A DNA stretch of 64,000 nt from an uncultured Holophaga sp. (GTDB lineage: Bacteria; Acidobacteriota; Holophagae; Holophagales; Holophagaceae): positions 2,560,001 to 2,624,000 of the forward strand of contig OY761614.1 of NCBI GenBank assembly GCA_963664825.1, written 5' to 3'. Below are positions 57,656-64,000 of this stretch, in pieces (the first letter of the stretch is position 1; every line of letters begins with the position of its first letter). The position numbers and the translations under genes are program-made. A model generated the notes under the pieces. The model was not told the DNA's origin. It did not search any database and saw nothing but the letters and a program-made list of their open reading frames with translations.

Positions 57656-58660
57656 ATGAACTCGCCCCGGGTGAGCATCCTGATTCCCACTTTTCGCTAT
57701 GGAAGGTACCTTCCCGAGGCCCTGAATTCGGTGCTTTCACAGGATTTTAAGGATATTGAAGTCCTGGTGAGCGATGATTGCTCCGGGGATGGATCGGCGG
57801 AATTACTCCATCACTATGCCGCGCGGGACGCCCGGATTCGCGTGTGCATCCAACCGGTGAACCTTGGCATGGTCCAAAATTGGAATTGGTGCCTGGCCCG
57901 GGCACGGGGCGAGTTTGTGCAATACCTCTTCGGCGACGATCTGCTCACGCGGCCGGATGCCATCCGGAAGATGGTGATGATGCTCGAGTCGCATCCTGAA
58001 GCGGTGCTCTCGGCGTGTGCGCGGAACGTGATCGATGAACAATCCCGCGTCCTGGATGTCTGGTCCGTGCTCGGTAAATCCGGCATGCATGGGAGCGCTG
58101 AGACAGTTTCTCGCTGCCTCATCAAGGGAAACATCATTGGAGAGCCCACAGCGGTCATGTTCCGGCGCAGCGCCGCTCTTCGAGGTTTTTCCGAGACCTA
58201 CAATCAGCTGGTGGATCTCGAAATGTGGCTGCACCTGCTCGAGCGTGGGCCGCTGGTTTTCACGGAGGAACCGCTCTGTGGGTTCCGGAGGCATCCCCTA
58301 CAGCGCACGGTCGCGAACACGAAGATGGGCCTTCACCAGCGGGAAATTCTCCACCTTGCCCTGGACTATGGCGGTCCCCTGACCTTGGATGATCGGGGCG
58401 TGCGGCGCGTCGCGTTCCACCGCCTGTACAAGAGCCGAAGATATGTCGGCCAGGACCCTGAGATCGATGCTGCGCGGGAACGGCTTCTGGGACGCATTGG
58501 TAGGCCTGTCTACTGGGTGCGATGGGTCGGTAAAAAACTGCACAACCCCATCATCGAGGTTGGCCGATGGTGCTTGAGGTTGAAACGCATCCTGCTGCGC
58601 CGAAACGGGTATGAGCAGAGCCCCGGTTTCAGGGCACTTCGAGGCGAGGGGCAGCGCTAG
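57656..58660 (+). CDS. Glycosyltransferase family 2
   Basis: VSILIPTF, DDCSGD, NLGMVQNWN, GDD, IGEPTAVMFR, DLEMW. Confidence 0.9.
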   Translation: MNSPRVSILIPTFRYGRYLPEALNSVLSQDFKDIEVLVSDDCSGDGSAELLHHYAARDARIRVCIQPVNLGMVQNWNWCLARARGEFVQYLFGDDLLTRPDAIRKMVMMLESHPEAVLSACARNVIDEQSRVLDVWSVLGKSGMHGSAETVSRCLIKGNIIGEPTAVMFRRSAALRGFSETYNQLVDLEMWLHLLERGPLVFTEEPLCGFRRHPLQRTVANTKMGLHQREILHLALDYGGPLTLDDRGVRRVAFHRLYKSRRYVGQDPEIDAARERLLGRIGRPVYWVRWVGKKLHNPIIEVGRWCLRLKRILLRRNGYEQSPGFRALRGEGQR

Positions 58661-60240
58661 CGTTTGGGGGCGGCAGGCCACCGGTATGCTAGGTCCGCGA
58701 ACCAGCGGAAACCGTTTTTGCTCTGGCCCTGTACGGATTCGACCGCGCCATGGTGGCGCCAGGAGGCACCCAGTTCCAGGCGAGTGGATTCCTTCAATTG
58801 GAATTTCCAGGTCTGCTGGAGGCCCTGGAAATGGTCATCGACAGGCACTGCACCGGGGTGGGCCAGCAGCCAGTCCTCCATGTGGTCGCGGAAGGGCTGG
58901 AATCCAACATGGACCAGGGTCTCGCAGGAGATGCGGCTGGAAAGTTCCGATTCCAGCCGGAGGGTGAGCGTTTTGGTCTCCCCGGCGATGGCATTGCCCA
59001 GGGGATCCCCGTAGGTATAAAAACCGGTGATGTACTCATAATGCATGAAGGGGCGGGCGTCATGGCGCGTCGTGGTGATGGTGTTTGCGTATTCCAGACC
59101 GAGCCTGAGCTTCGGCCATTGGATGAGGACACCCATGATGTCGTTGGGCGGAGTGGCTGCATTGGGAACGGAGTAGCGGTCAGTCTTGTTCCAGAAATTC
59201 ACAAAGCGCCCGTTGAGAAGATCCCGATTATCGCTTTCAAAGTCCTTCCCAAGGCAGTAGAGGGGCTTGTGGTAAAGGAGCGCCGGCGCCCAATAGACAT
59301 TCTTGGTGCCTCGGGTGATGTAGGCGTGGAACTGCTCGGCGCCGAGGAACCTCTCGAAAGGGCGGACCCGGAGGCGGGCCCCAATATCGGCGTTGGAGGC
59401 GCTTCGGGCGTTGTTCTTGTAGGGGGTGGAGGGAGGATTCGGGTCATGGGGATCCACATTGGCTTCCGCCAGGGCATCCTTGAGGCCGAACATGGCCGTC
59501 AGGTAGTCCCCCAGGTTGTACCCGGTCGTGCGGCCCACCCCGTTGAGGGTCCCGCTCCAGAGATTGGTGTAGTTGGCGTAGAACTCCAGGGAAGGGCCGA
59601 AGCGGGCCTGAAGGCGATAGCCATTGAACATGGGCGTCTGGGGATCCCCTTGGCGAAGGATTGCGGTGCGCCGCCAGGCGGGATCCTGGACCGAATCGCC
59701 GAGGACCCGGTCCCGCTCGAGCCTTCCGACGAAGATTTGGGCGCCCCAGGTGCCCAAGGGAATCCGGAAGAAGCGCAGGGGCACCATCGGTGTCTCCACC
59801 CGGAATTTCGGAAAGGGACGGGCGGCTTCGCTCAGGAGGTAACCTCCGTTGAGGCCATAGCCCCAGACGAGGGGTTCCTGCTCGAACCCGAACGTCCATC
59901 CGCTCAGGCTTTTTCGCGTGATGTGGCTGCGATAGATCGATAGGTAGGCTTGGCCCTGAGAATCCCGGATGCCCAGGCCTTCGATCGCCAGGTCCCAGTT
60001 GCCCTTCTTCAGGCCGAATTCTCCGTGGATGCCGCCCCCCCGGAGGGCGTTGCCCATCCCGAGCGAATCCACGAAGGTCGCCGAGGGACCATGGGAATCC
60101 GCGGCCCAGGTGCCGACGCCATACCAGGTGGTATCCGTTGGGTACTCGGCGCCCAGCCAAGGTCGAGCGTTCCATCCGGGAGGTGCCTGGGCGAGCAGGG
60201 GAGGGGCAAGCAGGGTGAAGATCAGTTTTCTAAAAATCAA
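58657..60240 (-). CDS. Outer-membrane capsule assembly Wzi-like protein
   Basis: Signal peptide; EPLVWGYGLNGGYLLSEAARPFP resembles the Wzi WG.G..G.L.LS..A.P motif; beta-strand pattern. Confidence 0.65.
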   Translation of the reverse strand: MIFRKLIFTLLAPPLLAQAPPGWNARPWLGAEYPTDTTWYGVGTWAADSHGPSATFVDSLGMGNALRGGGIHGEFGLKKGNWDLAIEGLGIRDSQGQAYLSIYRSHITRKSLSGWTFGFEQEPLVWGYGLNGGYLLSEAARPFPKFRVETPMVPLRFFRIPLGTWGAQIFVGRLERDRVLGDSVQDPAWRRTAILRQGDPQTPMFNGYRLQARFGPSLEFYANYTNLWSGTLNGVGRTTGYNLGDYLTAMFGLKDALAEANVDPHDPNPPSTPYKNNARSASNADIGARLRVRPFERFLGAEQFHAYITRGTKNVYWAPALLYHKPLYCLGKDFESDNRDLLNGRFVNFWNKTDRYSVPNAATPPNDIMGVLIQWPKLRLGLEYANTITTTRHDARPFMHYEYITGFYTYGDPLGNAIAGETKTLTLRLESELSSRISCETLVHVGFQPFRDHMEDWLLAHPGAVPVDDHFQGLQQTWKFQLKESTRLELGASWRHHGAVESVQGQSKNGFRWFADLAYRWPAAPKR

Positions 60241-60315
60241 TGAGCACCGGCATGTGGATGGATCAACGAGGCCTTGGGATCGGGCCTGCTTTTGAATTCA
60301 TTTGGCAAAAACGAA

Positions 60316-61926
60316 TTATATCTGATCCCAAGCCGTCACGCCATATTCGGCCTGCTTGCCATAGTCGGTTTCGATCTGGGCGAGCTGGAGCCTGCCGCTG
60401 GCGTCATCGTTGACGGCCTGCCAGCGGGTGTAGGCATCGAGCACCCAGGGGCCGCTCTCCCGGGATCCGTTGCCGCTCCAGCCGTTGCCGCCGAAGGGAG
60501 CATGGGCCTCGGAGCCCACGGTGGAATTGTTGATGGAAACCATGCCGGCGGTGATCTGGCGCTTGAAGCGGTCCACCCAGGCGCGGTTTTCCGTGTAGAT
60601 GGCGCTGGAGAGGCCGTAGGGGGTGCCGTTGGCGTATTCCATGGCCTCTTCGAAACTGCCCACGGTGCTCAGGTTGACGGTGGGACCGAAGATCTCGGTC
60701 TGGAAGATCTCCATATCAGGGGTCACGCCGTCCCACACGCAGGGCTGCATGAACTGGCCGCGATGGATCTCCCCATGCACCTGGGTGTTGCGATTCTCCT
60801 CCGTCCAGGGAGCGCCACCGCAGAGCAGCCTCGCGCCGTCCTTCCTTCCCATCTCCCAGTGCGCCTCGAAGGCCGAAGTAAAGCGGGCGTTGATCATGGG
60901 GCCGTAGAGCACTTCCGGATGGCTGAGGGGATTGCCGATGGGCAGGGCGCTCACGGCCAGGAGGAAGCGTTCCGTGAAGGCCGGGGCGATATCCCGGTGG
61001 AGGATGACATTGGCCGTGGATGTGCAGCGCTGGCCCGCGGTGGCGAAGGCGCCGAAGAGGGCGCCATGCACGGCGTTTTCCAGATCGGCGTCGGGCATGA
61101 TGATCATGGGGTTCTTCCCGCCCAGCTCCAGGCTGGGGCTGATCAGGTTGCGTCCGCACATCTCGCCGATCTGGCGCCCCAGGGCGGTGGAACCCGTGAA
61201 GCTGAAGGCGTCGTACCAGCCCTTGTCGATGCCGGCCAGGAAGAACTTTCCGCAGCCTGTCTGCCCCTTGCCGTTCACCACATTCACGACTCCCGGCGGC
61301 AGGCCTGCATCCATCATGCAGCGGGCGAAGAGGTAGGCGATGGTCGGGGCGTCTTCGCTGGGCTTCCAGACCACCGTATTGCCGCAGAGAATGGCGGGGA
61401 TGATCTTCCAGCTGGGGATGGCCAGGGGGACATTGGCCGGGGTCATGACGCCGCAGACGCCCACGGGGCGCCGGTAGGTGCTGATCTCCTTGCTGGGCAG
61501 CTCGGAGGGTACGGTCTGGCCGTAGAGCCGCCGGCCTTCGCTCTGGAAGAAATTGCAGGTGTCGATGGCCTCCTGCACTTCGCCTCGGGCTTCCCGGAGG
61601 GTCTTGCCGATTTCCCGGGTGATGATCCGGGCGAGTTTCTCCTTATTGGCCAGGAGGGTGGCGCCGATGCGGCCGATGAGTTCTCCCCGCACGGGAGCAG
61701 GGACTTCCCTCCAGGTCTGGAAGGCCTCCCGGGCGGCCTTGGCGGCCTTCTCGATATCCCGCGCGCCGCATTCGGGGAAGATGCCCACGGTGTCGCGGCG
61801 ATCCACGGCGGACTTGGAATCGAAGGAGGGCAGGTCGCCTTCCAGCTCCTTGCCGCCGATCCAGTTGAACCCGATGACGGTCTTGCCCGTGGAGGCCACC
61901 TGGGGGTGATTGAGCTTCAGGTACAT
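60316..61926 (-). CDS. NAD(P)-dependent aldehyde dehydrogenase
   Basis: WKPSE, FTGST, LELGGKN, GQRCT, EIFGP, PFGG. Confidence 0.94.
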   Translation of the reverse strand: MYLKLNHPQVASTGKTVIGFNWIGGKELEGDLPSFDSKSAVDRRDTVGIFPECGARDIEKAAKAAREAFQTWREVPAPVRGELIGRIGATLLANKEKLARIITREIGKTLREARGEVQEAIDTCNFFQSEGRRLYGQTVPSELPSKEISTYRRPVGVCGVMTPANVPLAIPSWKIIPAILCGNTVVWKPSEDAPTIAYLFARCMMDAGLPPGVVNVVNGKGQTGCGKFFLAGIDKGWYDAFSFTGSTALGRQIGEMCGRNLISPSLELGGKNPMIIMPDADLENAVHGALFGAFATAGQRCTSTANVILHRDIAPAFTERFLLAVSALPIGNPLSHPEVLYGPMINARFTSAFEAHWEMGRKDGARLLCGGAPWTEENRNTQVHGEIHRGQFMQPCVWDGVTPDMEIFQTEIFGPTVNLSTVGSFEEAMEYANGTPYGLSSAIYTENRAWVDRFKRQITAGMVSINNSTVGSEAHAPFGGNGWSGNGSRESGPWVLDAYTRWQAVNDDASGRLQLAQIETDYGKQAEYGVTAWDQI

Positions 61927-62063
61927 GGAACCTCCAAGGAACAGCGAAGCCCTAGGTTATCCGAGAGGTCCCGGGATTTCATCGAAGGTCTCTGATCCTG
62001 AGCGCTGGGAGGCTCAAGGGGTGGGTGCGGGTCGGGTATCCTGGAGGTTCCCTTGGAGCCGCT

Positions 62064-62819
62064 TTGTTCGAACACATTCCCTTCGCAACGATCCTGGTGA
62101 GTTATGTGGCGGTCCTCTTCGCCCTGAGCCTCCACGAAGCCGCCCACGCCACCACCGCCTATCTGCTGGGCGACGACACCGCCGCCAGCCTGGGGCGCAT
62201 GACGTTGAACCCCATCGCTCACATGGACTGGCTGGGCACCCTGGTGCTGCCCCTCATCGGCATGATGACCCACGCGCCGGTCATCGGGTGGGCCAAGCCC
62301 GTGCCCGTGGACCCCAATCGTCTGAGCCGGAAGTTCAGGGCCCGCGTGGGGTACGCCATGGTGGCCGCCGCAGGGCCTGCCTCGAACCTGATCCAGTCCT
62401 TCGTCTTTCTCCTCGTCCTGACCCTATTCCTCCGCTTTGCCATTCCGGCCAGTCCCATGGGGCACTTGAATCTCTTCGTGGCCTCCATGTCCGTGCCCGT
62501 GGAGGAATTCCTCCGCGATGGGGCCTTCTCCGGGGGGCAGGTGTTGGCCATGACGCTCCTGGGGCGACTGGTGATCATCAACGTGGGCCTGGCGCTCTTC
62601 AACCTGCTGCCCTTCGGGCCTCTGGACGGGGCGGGCATCCTGCGGGGCTTCCTGCCCTTTCGCTGGCTGGCCACCTTCGACCGCATCCAGCCCACCATCA
62701 CCATCGTGCTCTTGATCCTCTTCTTCGTGGGTGTGTTGGACTTTGTCCTGGGGCCGCTCTTCTTCGTCGCCCAACGCCTCTATATCATCCCCCTCGCCCG
62801 TCTGATTCTCGGAGCCTGA
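62064..62819 (+). CDS. Site-2 protease (M50)
   Basis: HEAAH, GRMTLNP, AAAGPASN, FNLLPFGPLDG; TTG start after GGAG. Confidence 0.9.
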   Translation: MFEHIPFATILVSYVAVLFALSLHEAAHATTAYLLGDDTAASLGRMTLNPIAHMDWLGTLVLPLIGMMTHAPVIGWAKPVPVDPNRLSRKFRARVGYAMVAAAGPASNLIQSFVFLLVLTLFLRFAIPASPMGHLNLFVASMSVPVEEFLRDGAFSGGQVLAMTLLGRLVIINVGLALFNLLPFGPLDGAGILRGFLPFRWLATFDRIQPTITIVLLILFFVGVLDFVLGPLFFVAQRLYIIPLARLILGA

Positions 62820-62826
62820 CACTGAA

Positions 62827-62944
62827 GTGGGGGGACCGCGCGGCCTCGCCTCCCCTTGATGGCAGAATGGAGAGTTGGAGACGCGAGGTCTCTCCGTCCC
62901 CCCACACCCCCGCGCCGAATGCGGGCAAAGCCTGCATCCGGCGC
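62827..62944. repeat. Two REP-like hairpins upstream of trpS
   Basis: gtggggggac...gtccccccac (62827-62905) with inner pairing; gcgccg-a-atgcgggc-aaa-gcctgcat-c-cggcgc (62912-62944). Confidence 0.7.
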
Positions 62945-62965
62945 CTCAATCCTGAAGGTACTGTC

Positions 62966-63955
62966 ATGCAGCGTGTCCTTTCCGGCGTCCAGCCCAGCGG
63001 TTCCCTCCACCTCGGAAACCTGGTGGGAGCCATCGAAAACTTCGTCCATCTCCAGGATCAGTTCGAGGCCTTCTACATGATCGCGGACTGGCACGCGCTC
63101 ACCTCCAAGTTCGACAAGGTCGACGAGATTCGCCCCGCCATTCTCGAGGTGACGGCCACCTTCCTGGCCGCCGGCCTCGATCCCGAGCGCTCCACCCTCT
63201 TCATCCAGAGCCAGGTGAAGGAGCATGCCGAATTGCATCTGCTCTTCAGCATGATCACGCCCCTCTCCTGGGTGGAGCGGGTGCCCACCTACAAGGAGAA
63301 GCTGCAGAACAGCGAGGCCGATCTGGGCTCCTACGGATTCCTGGGATATCCCGTCCTCCAGGCCGCCGATATCCTCATCTACAAGGCCCAGAGGGTGCCC
63401 GTGGGCGAGGACCAGCTCTTCCACCTGGAGCTCACCCGGGAGATCGGGCGGCGCTTCAATTTCCTCTATGGCGCCGAGACCTTCCCCGATCCCCAGGCCG
63501 TGCTCACCAAGGCCGTGCGGGTGCCGGGGCTGGATGGCCGCAAGATGAGCAAGACCTACAACAACGGCCTCTACCTGCGGGATACGCCGGAGCAGACCCT
63601 CCAAAAGTGCACCCGGGAGATGCTGTCGGATACCGCCAGGGTGCGCAAGTCCGATCCGGGAAACCCCGAGGTCTGCAATGTCTTCACCTTCCACAAGCTC
63701 TTCTCGAGCGCCGATACCGTGGCGTCGGTGGCGCTGGAATGTCCCCGGGCGGGCATCGGCTGCTTCGATTGCAAGAAGAGGCTGGCGGAGGCCATCACGG
63801 CTCGGGTGGAGCCCCTGCGCCTGAAGATCGAGGACCATCTGGCCCACCCGGAGCGCCTGGACGAGATCCTGCGCGCGGGCGCCGACAGGGCTCGGATCGC
63901 CGCCCAGGCCACTATGGCCGAGGTGCGCGAGGCCATGCAGTTGCCCAAGGCCTAA
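62966..63955 (+). CDS. trpS: Tryptophan-tRNA ligase
   Basis: LSGVQPSGSLHLGN, YPVLQAADIL, VPVGEDQ, KMSKT. Confidence 0.96.
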   Translation: MQRVLSGVQPSGSLHLGNLVGAIENFVHLQDQFEAFYMIADWHALTSKFDKVDEIRPAILEVTATFLAAGLDPERSTLFIQSQVKEHAELHLLFSMITPLSWVERVPTYKEKLQNSEADLGSYGFLGYPVLQAADILIYKAQRVPVGEDQLFHLELTREIGRRFNFLYGAETFPDPQAVLTKAVRVPGLDGRKMSKTYNNGLYLRDTPEQTLQKCTREMLSDTARVRKSDPGNPEVCNVFTFHKLFSSADTVASVALECPRAGIGCFDCKKRLAEAITARVEPLRLKIEDHLAHPERLDEILRAGADRARIAAQATMAEVREAMQLPKA

Positions 63956-64000
63956 AAACGAGTCGATCCCCGAGTGGATTTTCGGCTTGCCTGCTTCCGA

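Noticed and set aside
62821..62840. T-box sequence (gaagtggggggaccgcg)
   Set aside because: Lacks the UGGN-ACC core and lies upstream rather than downstream of the putative specifier stem

Overview
GC-rich bacterial chromosomal segment with about 60 intact or near-intact genes and one tRNA. The protein set tentatively suggests an anaerobic Acidobacteriota (Holophagae/Geothrix-like) host; this is not verified. Core content: truncated fadD, cysteine/cystathionine synthase, murJ, tRNA-Thr(UGU), ribH-nusB, tpx, an MFS and a MacA/MacB-like exporter, nuoHIJKLMN without nuoA-G, pbpG, an rsmH paralog, recO, pyk, three GAPDH genes, an lpxL-type acyltransferase, an aldehyde dehydrogenase, a site-2 protease and trpS. 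Accessory content: a ParE/RelE toxin with a broken antitoxin, a comEA-pilin-radC operon behind an AT-rich island, an OLD nuclease, two transglutaminase-domain proteins, a frameshifted C1-peptidase/alpha-beta-hydrolase fusion, a CPBP/ABC module and a YihY-cNMP fusion. No CRISPR array, rRNA, integrase or transposase was seen. The most unusual signals are (i) a 42-bp duplication of the tRNA-Thr promoter and 5' end around a structured 139-bp insert, with the tRNA CCA directly abutting the murJ ATG; (ii) two divergent GAPDH paralogs with shared active-site changes, next to a HAD phosphatase and a flavin oxidoreductase; (iii) the putative sigma54-driven competence operon. Functions beyond family level are hypotheses.
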